Part shown: positions 1-9,619 of the stretch, piece by piece
How positions within the stretch are numbered: the stretch's first letter is position 1
How the letters are laid out: every line of letters begins with the position of its first letter
DNA from: a virus
DNA: 64,000 bases
IMG/VR virus record: IMGVR_UViG_3300023208_000003
Coordinates: 96,001 to 160,000 of that record
Direction: 5' to 3' (one strand)
Position numbers and translations under genes: made by a program
Notes under the pieces: model-generated
The model's input: the letters and a program-made list of their open reading frames with translations, nothing else
The model's database searches: none
Told to the model about the DNA's origin: nothing

Positions 1-2
1 AA

Positions 3-725
3 GGACGAGAACATTTTATTTTAATTGAACATCCTGTTTCAGTTGATAAGAAAATGTTATTTTGCCCTTACCTTTTTAAGGACGAGTACCCTGCAATGGT
101 TCCTCACGTAATAAAACATCGTTATGTGTTTGGTCACTTTGAATTTAGAAACTTTGTACTGACAGGCAGTAACACAATTGCTGAACATGGCCCTGATCAC
201 ACAATGTTTAAAGGTTGTCGCTTTTTATTTTCTGGTCACTATCACGCTCGTCAAACCAAAGACAACATCATTTACATTGGAAATACTTTTCCAACTAATT
301 ACGGTGATGTTGATGACATTAGGCGAGGAGCGTGTCTTCTTAACCTAGAGGAAGATGATTTCAAATTTTTTGACTGGCCAGATTGCCCATCATTTCATAA
401 AACAACCTTATCAAAGGTAATAAATGAAGAATGGGAACCTAGAAGAAATGGAAGAGTTCGCTGCTTAATTGATGAAGAAATTAGCTACACTGAAGTTCAG
501 CAGCTACGAGAAGATTTACTTGAGCTTTATGGGCTACGAGAGTTCACTATTGAAGAAAATATTCTTGAAAAAAAGGATGCTATGCTTGAAGGAGCTGATG
601 TTGCAATTAATTCTCTAGAATTAAGTGATTTAGATGAAACGGTTCGAATATTAATAAAAGAGGGTGTTCAAAATACAACAACAATTTCATCAGACAAGTT
701 AATTGAAATTTACAACGAGCTATAA
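3..725 (+). CDS. gp47: SbcD/Mre11-like recombination nuclease (T4 gp47-like), 5' end outside window
   Basis: Frame is open from base 3. Metallophosphoesterase C-terminal motifs FGHFE, FSGHYH, IIYIGNTFPTNYGD. Directly upstream of an SbcC-like ATPase. Confidence 0.85.
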   Translation, partial: GREHFILIEHPVSVDKKMLFCPYLFKDEYPAMVPHVIKHRYVFGHFEFRNFVLTGSNTIAEHGPDHTMFKGCRFLFSGHYHARQTKDNIIYIGNTFPTNYGDVDDIRRGACLLNLEEDDFKFFDWPDCPSFHKTTLSKVINEEWEPRRNGRVRCLIDEEISYTEVQQLREDLLELYGLREFTIEENILEKKDAMLEGADVAINSLELSDLDETVRILIKEGVQNTTTISSDKLIEIYNEL

Positions 726-2474
726 ATGTCACGTAAAATAACTTTTAAATGGATGTCCTGGAGGAATTTCACCTCATTCGGTGAAATTGAAACTTTCATT
801 GATCTTACTCAAATTGGCACTATCTTTTTATATGGCGTTAATTTAGACACGGGTTCAGCCAATGGAACTGGTAAGTCATCAATCATAAACGCTTTTTGTT
901 ACGCTGTTTATAATAAGCCACGCGATTCAATTTCATTGCAGCGACTTATAAATTCCACTAACGCTTGTAAGAATACACTAATGGAAGCGCGTATCGCTTT
1001 CTCAAAAGGAGAAGATGAGTATGAAGTCTATCGTTGTAGGGGGGCGGCTTACAACATATTAATTACAAAAAATGGAGTTGACATAACTCCTGACTCAGTA
1101 AGTGAGTCAGATAAGTTAGTTGAAGAAATTATTGGAATCAGTTATGAACTTTTTACAAAGGTAATTGTGTTCTCTGGTTCAGCAATGCCATTTCTTGAAA
1201 TGCCTGTTGCTTTTCAACGTAATTACATTGAGGAGCTTTTTAAGATAACATTGCTTAGTGAAAAAGCAATTATCTTAAAGAAAAAAATACAGCAAACAGA
1301 AAATGACATTCAAATAGCTCAGGTTATTATTTTAGAACAAGAAACAGCTGTAAAGCTTCACGCAAAAAGAATCAAAGATGCAACAGAACGAGCCATAACC
1401 TGGGAAAATAATAATGAAAAGCAGATCAAAACGATTACTGCAAAGCTTGCAAGCATCGAAGGAGTTGACTTTGACCGTGAGCAAGAGCTGCATTTAGCCA
1501 AATCTGAGTTAAACAGTATTAAAAAGGAATTGGAAAGCGAACAAGCTTTAAAGCGTCAAACGCTAACTACTATTGAAAAGAAGATAAAGAAAAACAATGA
1601 AGAGCTAAGTCACTTACGAGATGATAAGTGCCCTTATTGTTTACAAGGAATGCCAAACGCTAACGATAAAATTCAGTCACTTAAACTTGATAATAATACC
1701 CAATATCAAAACAAACAAGTTATTGAGAAACAGTTAGCAAAACTTCAAGCTGAAATTCAAACTATTGGAGCAGAGTTTGTAGAAATATCTGAGGAAATAA
1801 AATACCCCGATCTTCAGCAGCTTCTTAATATTAGAGCTCAACGAGCAACTTTTGAAGCGCAACTAGATGAGTACGCTCATGCTGTTAACCCTCATACTGA
1901 AACCATTGAAACTCTCACAAAAGAAAATGTCGCTGATATTGATTACGAATTGATTGACAGGTTAAAAGCTCAACAAGAGCACCAACAATTTCTGTTAAAG
2001 CTTCTTGTTGATAAAAATTCCTTCATAAGACGTAGAATCATAAATCGCACAATTCCATTTCTTAATGAACGCATTAATTACTATGCTAAGGAACTTGGCT
2101 TACCACATGTTGTAAAATTTGATGACAATATGAGTTGTACTGTTTCCGAATTTGGTAGAGAACTTGACTTTGGTAACCTATCAGGCGGCGAAAAGAAACG
2201 TGTTAATTTGGCTATTGCTATCGCGTTTAGAGACGTGCTTCACAGGCGACACGCTTTTATTAACGTGCTATTCTTAGATGAGATAGATGCCTCGTTAGAC
2301 GCAACTGGAACTGATGTTTTAATTAAGCTGATCAGAAACAAAGCTAACTCTGATAATCTTGGTATCTGGGTTATTATGCATCGACCAGAAGCTGAGGGTA
2401 AGTTTGATAAAACTATGCTAGTAATTAAAGAAGGTGGCTTTTCTCGCTTAGAAGAGTTACAGTTAAATACGTAA
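726..2474 (+). CDS. gp46: SbcC/Rad50-like recombination ATPase (T4 gp46-like)
   Basis: Walker A NGTGKSS, coiled coil with zinc hook CPYC, ABC signature LSGGE, Walker B LFLDEID. Confidence 0.93.
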   Translation: MSRKITFKWMSWRNFTSFGEIETFIDLTQIGTIFLYGVNLDTGSANGTGKSSIINAFCYAVYNKPRDSISLQRLINSTNACKNTLMEARIAFSKGEDEYEVYRCRGAAYNILITKNGVDITPDSVSESDKLVEEIIGISYELFTKVIVFSGSAMPFLEMPVAFQRNYIEELFKITLLSEKAIILKKKIQQTENDIQIAQVIILEQETAVKLHAKRIKDATERAITWENNNEKQIKTITAKLASIEGVDFDREQELHLAKSELNSIKKELESEQALKRQTLTTIEKKIKKNNEELSHLRDDKCPYCLQGMPNANDKIQSLKLDNNTQYQNKQVIEKQLAKLQAEIQTIGAEFVEISEEIKYPDLQQLLNIRAQRATFEAQLDEYAHAVNPHTETIETLTKENVADIDYELIDRLKAQQEHQQFLLKLLVDKNSFIRRRIINRTIPFLNERINYYAKELGLPHVVKFDDNMSCTVSEFGRELDFGNLSGGEKKRVNLAIAIAFRDVLHRRHAFINVLFLDEIDASLDATGTDVLIKLIRNKANSDNLGIWVIMHRPEAEGKFDKTMLVIKEGGFSRLEELQLNT

Positions 2475-2523
2475 AATAATCCATAAAAATAAATAGTGGT
2501 ATCAACAATGAAAAGGTGCCACT

Positions 2524-3045
2524 ATGAACCTCCTGCAAGAAATAGACCTCATCGCTGAGGAAACCAAAACCGAGAAAGACTTGGTAAAGATGTTCAAGGA
2601 CGCCAAAGACAGCGGCGCACTTAAGAACTATGTCCTTTCTGAAACCTATGACGTTCGTCCACTCAAGATAGACGAAGAAGTCAAAGTAAAATTCCCAGGA
2701 TTTACCTCTAAAACCGAAAAAGCGCAGGAAGGCGAGAGCTTGTTGCGTGTTCACGATAAACCAAATCTTCAACGCATTATTGATGAGGAAGAACTTGAAG
2801 ATAGTTACGCTCCTATTCGTCCAAATGAAAAACCAGATGCAGAAGGATTTACGCTTTATCGTAGCGTTAAAACACTTCAAGCTTTTCAATATACTGAGGA
2901 CCAACCTCTGGTCTTCCAGGGTAACGTAGGAGGCTCATTGCATGTTAAAATGAATGACTATATCGCTCGTGACGTAGCTAATCCCAAGAGAGTCCTAGTG
3001 TTTCCTGGTCCAAAGTTTGAAGACAAATATACTGAAACCAAATGA
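2524..3045 (+). CDS. hypothetical protein, probably late/virion-associated
   Basis: 173-aa ORF downstream of AATAAATAG (2488-2496). N-terminus MNLLQEIDLIAEE carries L/I-x-E motifs. Confidence 0.6.
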   Translation: MNLLQEIDLIAEETKTEKDLVKMFKDAKDSGALKNYVLSETYDVRPLKIDEEVKVKFPGFTSKTEKAQEGESLLRVHDKPNLQRIIDEEELEDSYAPIRPNEKPDAEGFTLYRSVKTLQAFQYTEDQPLVFQGNVGGSLHVKMNDYIARDVANPKRVLVFPGPKFEDKYTETK

Positions 3046-3692
3046 AAGTTCAAAAGCTAATTTCTGAGAGCCCTGGTTCTGGTTCTTTTACTATTATGTG
3101 CACTAAGCAAGTAAAAAGTAATGTTCAAATTGATATGTTTGAGCAAAATTTTAAATATCTTGCGTCACAAAATTTTAAAGATGAAACTGTTAGATTGGAT
3201 AGTTCCTCTGGTAGAATTAATGTCGGAATACAATTTAACAATTCTTCACGAACAATTTTTCCTAAAAAAGTAGCAGAAATAATTTTAAAATTTGTAACAA
3301 ATTATACTGGAAGTTCCGTGTTTCCACCAGTAAAAATGCATGTAAATTATCCAACGTTGATTTTGTTAGATTTTAGTGATCAAGATGATCGAATTGTTGA
3401 TCAAACAGTCGACAATGAACATTTAATGATTAATGGATTTACGCTCAAAGACATTCATAAACACATTAAAAATATTGATTCGATTTATTGTAATGATAAA
3501 ATCACAGATAGCGTTTTAGGTCTATTATTAATTGAACACAGTCTTCGTTGTTTTGAAGAAGTTGTAGGCGTTCCATCTTTAAATGAAGACTGGATGGAAA
3601 TAGTTAATAAACACTTAAGTGGCGATAAAGATGTTCTTGAATGTAAAACAGATTTAATTGAAAAAGGATTTCCAAAGTTGGCAAAAATATGA
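3042..3692 (+). CDS. YAKL-family paralogue 1
   Basis: N-term MKVQKLISE; C-term DSVLGLLLI...DKDVLECKTDLIEKGFPKLAKI*. Confidence 0.85.
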   Translation: MKVQKLISESPGSGSFTIMCTKQVKSNVQIDMFEQNFKYLASQNFKDETVRLDSSSGRINVGIQFNNSSRTIFPKKVAEIILKFVTNYTGSSVFPPVKMHVNYPTLILLDFSDQDDRIVDQTVDNEHLMINGFTLKDIHKHIKNIDSIYCNDKITDSVLGLLLIEHSLRCFEEVVGVPSLNEDWMEIVNKHLSGDKDVLECKTDLIEKGFPKLAKI

Positions 3693-4359
3693 AAGTCAAG
3701 CAACTTCTTCAAGAAGCTCAGCGTGGAATGTTTTACTTTACATTCAACTCAGCTCAGCTCAAACAACGTATGAAAATTCTCTCCTTCTGAAAGATGATTT
3801 ACAGGTTGCAGCAGAAAAGCTCGGTGCTGAAGTAGAGTTCATTGGACGTACTGAAGATGATGACGATGAAGGCAGACTCACGAGTAATTATGGGTTCAAG
3901 ATTTATCATCACTCAGGTGATCTTCACCCGAAACAACTTGGTATTGTTCTCAATAATCTTTATGTAAAATACACAAATGGAGATGTTGATGTAAGTAACA
4001 CAATGGTAACTCCAACAATGGGACTTCACTTGCCAGTCAATTTTCTTGTTGACTTTTCAGATGGCACAGCTACATTTGTAAATCAATTTATAAATCAATA
4101 TTTCGTAAATATTGCAGGAACCGATTTACATAATATTCACAAGCAAATTCAGCACATTGACGCAATATTTATAGATGATGATGTGAAATCGGGTGGGCTT
4201 GGACTTATGCTAGTTGAAGATTTAGTAAATGTTTCTGGGATAAAGCAAACACTTCAGTGGCGAAACATTATAACCAAGCATCTCAAAAATGAGCGCGATG
4301 TGCTTGATTGCAAAGCAGAGTTAATTGAGAAAGGGTATTCAACGCTCGCAAAACTATAA
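3689..4359 (+). pseudogene. YAKL-family paralogue 2, frameshifted near 3751-3760
   Basis: The ATGA-coupled start at 3689 (MKVKQLLQEAQ) stops at 3788-3790. The rest of the family gene (..DVLDCKAELIEKGYSTLAKL*) is in another frame. Removing one AGCTC copy at 3751-3760 restores the frame. Confidence 0.7.
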
Positions 4360-4371
4360 AAGAGAATTCAT

Positions 4372-4917
4372 ATGATAGAAGAAGAAAAAAAGAAAAGAAA
4401 GAATAGTAAAGCAAAAGGAAATGGCTTTGAAAGTAAAGTTGCAAAAATTTTAGCAGAGCACCTAGCGCCTTTAAAATTTATTCGTACCCAAAGTTCTGGA
4501 GCTCGTGTAGGTGGAAAAAACTTTGGAACAACTGGACAGCTTTTTAATCAACAGACACTTTCGCTTTTCGTGGGTGATGTGGTTGCCACAAATGATGGCG
4601 AAGACGGTCACTGGTTTAGGTTTGTAGTTGAATGCAAATTTTATAAGGAACCTGATACATTAGATCAGCTGCTTACTCGTAAAGCAAAGGTATTTGGCTG
4701 GCTGAATGAAGTTGATGTTGATAAAGTAAAGGTTGGTAAAGAAGGAATTGTCATAATGAAGTTTAATGGAAAAGATCCATTGATAGCCGTTAGACCTGAA
4801 ATTGAGCTACCTTTTAAGAATTACTTAACAATTGGGAATGCAAAGATTGGTTATCTTGCAGACGCACTAGAACACCCGGAATTCTGGTTAAAAAATGAAA
4901 ATACAACAGCTACTTGA
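4372..4917 (+). CDS. putative Holliday junction resolvase, PD-(D/E)xK family
   Basis: NSKAKGNGFESKVAKIL, SGA..G, GDVV, VVECKFYK pattern typical of phage resolvases. Confidence 0.7.
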   Translation: MIEEEKKKRKNSKAKGNGFESKVAKILAEHLAPLKFIRTQSSGARVGGKNFGTTGQLFNQQTLSLFVGDVVATNDGEDGHWFRFVVECKFYKEPDTLDQLLTRKAKVFGWLNEVDVDKVKVGKEGIVIMKFNGKDPLIAVRPEIELPFKNYLTIGNAKIGYLADALEHPEFWLKNENTTAT

Positions 4918-5567
4918 AAATCAAGAAGTTAAATCTCACTTTACAATGCATGAGATTTATCCTGAAATGTCAAAAATAAAAAGTGAGTTTGTAAATATGC
5001 CACAAGGTAAAATTTCAAAATTAATTGAAAAGAAACTCAAACTATTAAAGACGAAATATGGATTTGACGCTATTCCGACAGCTTTTTTTTAAAACTCATT
5101 CTAATGACTTTTTTTTTGGAGAGTATGGAATTACGTTTACTTTCAGTGACAGAACAGCAACAATTGATCTTACAAAACTTAGAAATGAAACCAATTTAAC
5201 TTTAGGACTATCTTCTAGAAAAAATAATTACACTACGCTCGAATTTAATTGTCCACTAAGTTTAACATTCAAAACTGATAAATCATTTAGTGAAGCATTA
5301 TGCGAATTCGCAGCAAACGGAAAAACTCTGCAGAATATTCATAAAATTATTCCTGACGTTTATAGTTTACGTGTAGTTGATACAATTGAAAGCAACGTGT
5401 TAGGGCTTGTTTTAATGAAAAAATTAGAAGCTGGGTTTATTGATTTTGGAGCATCAAATAAAGATTGGTCATTAATAGTCTGTCGTTATCTTCACAGCAA
5501 TCGTGACCTGCTTGAATGCAAAACTGAGTTAATTGAAAAAGGATTTGGAGCTTACGCAAAGCTATGA
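4895..5567 (+). pseudogene. YAKL-family paralogue 3, frameshifted at T8 tract 5083-5090
   Basis: The MKIQQLLENQE ORF stops at TAA 5090-5092 immediately after GCTTTTTTTT. The +1 frame continues to DLLECKTELIEKGFGAYAKL*. T7 would give one ORF. Confidence 0.72.
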
Positions 5568-6325
5568 AAATAAATCAATTATTTGAAGAAGTTAATCACT
5601 ACGCCACCATTCGCTTTCGTCTGAGTCCCTTTGTGGTTGATGATGAAACTGGCGAGCTTTTACCGATTAAGCGCTGGCAAAAAGACGGGGTTGACGCCTT
5701 TAACGTCGACAGTGATGCTTGGAAAGAAACACTGCAGTTGGTTAAAAACGCTAATGTTGATGGTTTAAAAATGTTCAGAATGTCTGCCCAATCAAGAAAT
5801 AATAGTGATCTTGGGTATGATTTTATTTTTTACGTGACAAAAGCAATCAACGTTGATCAAGCGCTTTTAGAGCTTCACAGTAAGATCGCTTATTACGATT
5901 CTCATTCGGAACCTAAGAAAGGGAGTGCGATGTATGTGAACTCCATCGTCTTTATTTCTCCTATTCCAGCTGGTCTTACCTTTGATGAGGAAAAAACTCG
6001 AGACTTGCAGAAGTGGAACTGGGACGGTATTGCGCTTGGCGGAAGAAGTGCTTCTGCTGCGCAAAATGAGCTTTCACTTGCAAATATCAAACACATCAAG
6101 TGCTTCAATTTATTTTTGTTCGGTAAGGTAGTAAGTAACGCGTTAGGCATTTTGCTAAATCCTACAATACGAACGCTAACTTCAGCATCAGGATTTAAAT
6201 CGCCTAATCAAGTATGGAATCCTTGGATCCCAATAGTCACTAAGCATTTAGATGGCGATAAAGACATTCTTGAGTGTAAAACAGATTTGATAGAAGCTGG
6301 TTACAAGGAACTCGCGAAAATCTAA
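5564..6325 (+). CDS. YAKL-family paralogue 4
   Basis: MKINQLFEE...DKDILECKTDLIEAGYKELAKI*; ATGA overlap with previous gene. Confidence 0.85.
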   Translation: MKINQLFEEVNHYATIRFRLSPFVVDDETGELLPIKRWQKDGVDAFNVDSDAWKETLQLVKNANVDGLKMFRMSAQSRNNSDLGYDFIFYVTKAINVDQALLELHSKIAYYDSHSEPKKGSAMYVNSIVFISPIPAGLTFDEEKTRDLQKWNWDGIALGGRSASAAQNELSLANIKHIKCFNLFLFGKVVSNALGILLNPTIRTLTSASGFKSPNQVWNPWIPIVTKHLDGDKDILECKTDLIEAGYKELAKI

Positions 6326-6326
6326 A

Positions 6327-6356
6327 TTGTACTTTTTCTTACTTTGATGTTATAAT
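6327..6356 (+). promoter_or_regulatory. sigma70-like (early/middle) promoter TTGTAC-N18-TATAAT with extended TG
   Basis: The same motif recurs at 8360-8388, 9049-9078, 58469-58497 and 59942-59970, with 17-18 nt spacers. Confidence 0.65.
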
Positions 6357-6378
6357 TTGCATTAAAATAGGGTGATTT

Positions 6379-7038
6379 ATGTCTGCTGAAGCTCCATTAC
6401 TTGGTTACGGTGCGCGCTACGCCGTAATGATAAAAAATCCGTATGAAAAAAACCCGGAACAGTTTTTATCCAAAATCTTCAAGCAGCTTGAAGTAAACGT
6501 TACTGCTGCACTTCAAGATTATCCTATCTATTCAATCAGTTTCAATGTTGAAACTGCCGGCAAATTCGTTTCATTAATAATTTTCTTTGACGATGCAGCT
6601 TTTACTATTGATATTGAAAAGCTGCACGCAACTATTTTAGATAACCTCAAAGCTTTAAATTTAAAAGTAGCAAATTCTGATAAATACTACGGAATGACGA
6701 ACTTGTATTTGCCTACAAGCATTTCAATATTTGTTTCAGATAAGATCTTTGAAACTGATAATGGAATAGTGCTGGTTTCTGGCAGGTCCCTTAGTGGAGT
6801 TCATAAACAGCTGATAAATGTCAATTGTATTATCTTACAAGACACAATCAAATCAAACATTTTAGGATTGCTTTTGATTGATAATTTAGTAGAACTTAAC
6901 TTTACAAGTAAAGAAGTTCGAGAAAGCAATCGTACTTGGACAGAGCCTTACAAGCTGGCTAGATTGGAAAAAATGGATTTGCTCGAGTTTAAAGCGATGC
7001 TCATTGAAAATGGATTATCACAATACGCGAAACTATGA
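6379..7038 (+). CDS. YAKL-family paralogue 5 (no capsid-targeting-like N-terminus)
   Basis: SLSGVHKQL...SNILGLLLI...MDLLEFKAMLIENGLSQYAKL*. Confidence 0.85.
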   Translation: MSAEAPLLGYGARYAVMIKNPYEKNPEQFLSKIFKQLEVNVTAALQDYPIYSISFNVETAGKFVSLIIFFDDAAFTIDIEKLHATILDNLKALNLKVANSDKYYGMTNLYLPTSISIFVSDKIFETDNGIVLVSGRSLSGVHKQLINVNCIILQDTIKSNILGLLLIDNLVELNFTSKEVRESNRTWTEPYKLARLEKMDLLEFKAMLIENGLSQYAKL

Positions 7039-7697
7039 AAGTACAAACATTATTAAAAGAAAACACTAATTTTGAAGGGTTTAAATACAGCTTCAGAGTG
7101 TCTGAAGAATGGCCTAGTCAGCCCCAAGATAAAGAAAAAAATATCAGTAACAGTGTTAATAGCGTAATTAAAGAACTTTATTCATTGTCGTTTTCAATAA
7201 AAGAAATTCTTTTTAATTTTGATGGAACCGAGAGAAAATTCAAAATTGAGTTTAAAGATGTTTCAGAAGTTGTTAACTTAGGTCATTTTCACGATGAAAT
7301 CAAAAAAATACTTAAGAACAATAATTTAATATTTACCATGAGTGATGAATATATTGCTAATATGACAATGATGTTTCCAGGCAAAATCGGTGTTCGTATT
7401 AGCGCATTTCAGAGAAATAACGGGTGGGCTACAGTCGTCGTATACGGTAATTCATTAAAAGATGTTCATAAAAGAATTCTTAATGCTGAAGAGCTCGTTA
7501 TTCAAAATGAAATTAACTCAAGTGTCTTAGGACTTATCTTAATGTCTGGAACGTCTATACGTTTTAGATCAAATCAAATCATTGAAGATAATCCTTGGCT
7601 TGATTTATATGTTGAAGCAATGGAGCAAAAAATGGACGTGCTTGAGTTCAAAGCGATGCTCATTGAAAATGGAATGTCACATCTGGCAAAATTATGA
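7035..7697 (+). CDS. YAKL-family paralogue 6
   Basis: MKVQTLLKE...MDVLEFKAMLIENGMSHLAKL*. Shares 24 identical nt with paralogue 5 (6991-7014 = 7650-7673). Confidence 0.85.
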   Translation: MKVQTLLKENTNFEGFKYSFRVSEEWPSQPQDKEKNISNSVNSVIKELYSLSFSIKEILFNFDGTERKFKIEFKDVSEVVNLGHFHDEIKKILKNNNLIFTMSDEYIANMTMMFPGKIGVRISAFQRNNGWATVVVYGNSLKDVHKRILNAEELVIQNEINSSVLGLILMSGTSIRFRSNQIIEDNPWLDLYVEAMEQKMDVLEFKAMLIENGMSHLAKL

Positions 7698-8359
7698 AAG
7701 TTCAAACATTACTAGAAAGTGAAGAAAGTTTACTAACCACTCCAGGCTACGCGTATGTCACATACATCTGTTCTAGTGAGTACCCAAAGGGGCTAAAAGA
7801 AATTATTGAAGAGCTCAAACATAAGATACCTTGTACAAAATTTGTAGAAAATAAAGATAGCTACATTAATGCAGAAGAAGGTGTTGAAACGTGTAAGCTT
7901 ATCTTTCACTTTGCTTCAGGTAATGTTAGTATCAAACAACTACAAACTGACATTCGAAAGATTGTTTTCAATAAATTTGATTGGAATTTCATTAGAGGGT
8001 TTGGTAGAATTGGACTTTCTTATATTAATTTTCCAACTAGTGTAGTTGTAAATTCCGATTACATTGAAATTGATGACAATGAAAACATTGATTATGCAAC
8101 TTCTTCAACTACTCTCAAAAATATTCACAAGTCAATAAAAGGAGAAATCACGTTTCTAGAACTTCATAGAGAGATTGAAGACTCAGTTTTAGGCTTATGT
8201 CTTTTAGAACACCGTGACTTTAAAATTATGTCATCAAGTTCAAAAGTAGCCGGCACAAACGTATCTTGGGTTAAGCTTTACAGAGAACATAAAGATGATC
8301 TTCTAGAGTTTAAAACTGCTCTCATTGAAGCTGGACTTCCACATCTCGCAAAAATTTAA
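7694..8359 (+). CDS. YAKL-family paralogue 7
   Basis: MKVQTLLESE...DDLLEFKTALIEAGLPHLAKI*. Confidence 0.85.
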   Translation: MKVQTLLESEESLLTTPGYAYVTYICSSEYPKGLKEIIEELKHKIPCTKFVENKDSYINAEEGVETCKLIFHFASGNVSIKQLQTDIRKIVFNKFDWNFIRGFGRIGLSYINFPTSVVVNSDYIEIDDNENIDYATSSTTLKNIHKSIKGEITFLELHREIEDSVLGLCLLEHRDFKIMSSSSKVAGTNVSWVKLYREHKDDLLEFKTALIEAGLPHLAKI

Positions 8360-8388
8360 TTGTACCTTTTTTACGCTTATGTTATAAT
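8360..8388 (+). promoter_or_regulatory. sigma70-like promoter TTGTAC-N17-TATAAT
   Basis: TTGTAC 8360-8365 and TATAAT 8383-8388, preceded by TGT; immediately upstream of ATG 8395. Confidence 0.6.
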
Positions 8389-8394
8389 AGTAAT

Positions 8395-8985
8395 ATGAGC
8401 GTAAAACTTAAGTTAACATTTTCAGCAAATGTAGATTTTTACCCATCATATACGGTAAAAATCGCGGCGGCGCTTCTTAAAGAGTTTAATGTTTCGCCTG
8501 ATCTTTGGATTTATGGTAACGCAAATTTAAATCTTGACGTTACATTCACCGATGTGCAAACTGTTAACATCAGTGAGCTAATTCATAATTATAAAAGATG
8601 TATTTTAAAAGCATTAAATCCACCAGCATCATCTTATTTAGTCTTAACCGTGATCGCGCGTAGTATCGAACTTCATGTTCCTAGCGTTACAAAAATCATA
8701 ATGGATGATAAACTTTCTGCTGGGCACAATCTTTTAAAGCTGTTTGGCACTGACTTTCATAACCTTCAAAAGGTTGCCGATCTCAACTCAACGATAGTCG
8801 TTGACATCAAGGATCACGTTAAGGCTAACGTTCTATCAATGTGTCTTCTTTCAAATTGCATGTTTAAAGTTGAAAATATTGAAAATTTAAAATGGCTTAA
8901 TTTATTTTATGATACTGATAGAGATTTATTAGCATTTAAAGCTGCTTTAATTGAGAATGGATTTTCACAATTGGCAAAAATATGA
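8395..8985 (+). CDS. YAKL-family paralogue 8 (no capsid-targeting-like N-terminus)
   Basis: ANVLSMCLL...DRDLLAFKAALIENGFSQLAKI*. Confidence 0.82.
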   Translation: MSVKLKLTFSANVDFYPSYTVKIAAALLKEFNVSPDLWIYGNANLNLDVTFTDVQTVNISELIHNYKRCILKALNPPASSYLVLTVIARSIELHVPSVTKIIMDDKLSAGHNLLKLFGTDFHNLQKVADLNSTIVVDIKDHVKANVLSMCLLSNCMFKVENIENLKWLNLFYDTDRDLLAFKAALIENGFSQLAKI

Positions 8986-9048
8986 ATATTGCTAAAGATA
9001 GTATTTTTAAACTATAGAATTTGTTCCAAAGCAATACGCTAAATTTTA

Positions 9049-9078
9049 GTGTACTTCTTCTGATTTCCTTGTTATAAT
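9049..9078 (+). promoter_or_regulatory. sigma70-like promoter GTGTAC-N18-TATAAT
   Basis: Matches the recurrent motif; upstream of GGAG RBS and GTG 9114. Confidence 0.6.
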
Positions 9079-9113
9079 GTTATCTGATAATAACAGACAA
9101 GGAGAGCACTCTC

Positions 9114-9362
9114 GTGAATCTAAAGAAAGCAAAGGCTCTACGCCGAGCCGCAAAAAATATCATTACAGGTTTAACTCAGGCCGGTCAAACTATTGAGCCA
9201 ACTGGGTACGTTGAAATTGAAAAGAACCGTAAGACCATGATGGTTGATGGCGCGTTAATTCCAATTTCAGTAGGAACCATCTTAAACGCCAAGAATACCT
9301 TCCGCGGCATCTACCGTAACCTTAAGCGCTCTGCTCGTAACCAGCGCATATTAGGCCTATAG
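9114..9362 (+). CDS. hypothetical basic protein
   Basis: 82 aa, GGAG RBS, GTG start, promoter upstream. Confidence 0.65.
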   Translation: MNLKKAKALRRAAKNIITGLTQAGQTIEPTGYVEIEKNRKTMMVDGALIPISVGTILNAKNTFRGIYRNLKRSARNQRILGL

Positions 9363-9375
9363 GGAGACTATAAAT

Positions 9376-9585
9376 ATGCTTATTTATGATAAGATAATGT
9401 CCCTCAAGTCAGGCGACATCTTTATCGTACACGTTGACACCTATGATTTACCAAAGCCAAAGGCTCGTCAGCTTTTGCGCAAGCACCTTGTTGTGCTACG
9501 GGAACTTATTCCCAATAAAAAAATTAGAATTTTAGTGTTTGCAAAAAAATCCGTTTCGTTTTCAGTTATTCGTTCAGAAGTTTAA
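9376..9585 (+). CDS. hypothetical protein
   Basis: 69 aa with GGGAG RBS. Confidence 0.6.
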   Translation: MLIYDKIMSLKSGDIFIVHVDTYDLPKPKARQLLRKHLVVLRELIPNKKIRILVFAKKSVSFSVIRSEV

Positions 9586-9619
9586 AAGTTTAAGCCGTTT
9601 ATTTGTTTTGATTCTGTTT

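Noticed and set aside
2425-2904. Antisense and alternative-frame ORFs over real genes (e.g. 2425-2904, 14307-14618, 15394-15840, 19574-20278, 37656-38049, 41894-42232, 42468-42758, 48235-48555)
   Set aside because: Shadow ORFs fully overlapping well-supported genes, with no RBS or recognisable motifs.
3658-3688. ORF-track starts at 3658, 39665, 42184, 45715 and 46379 (MKKDF/MIAKQ/MIMDF...)
   Set aside because: These are alternative-frame read-throughs of the previous gene's conserved tail; the coupled ATGs at 3689, 39686, 42226, 45736 and 46400 fit the family pattern.
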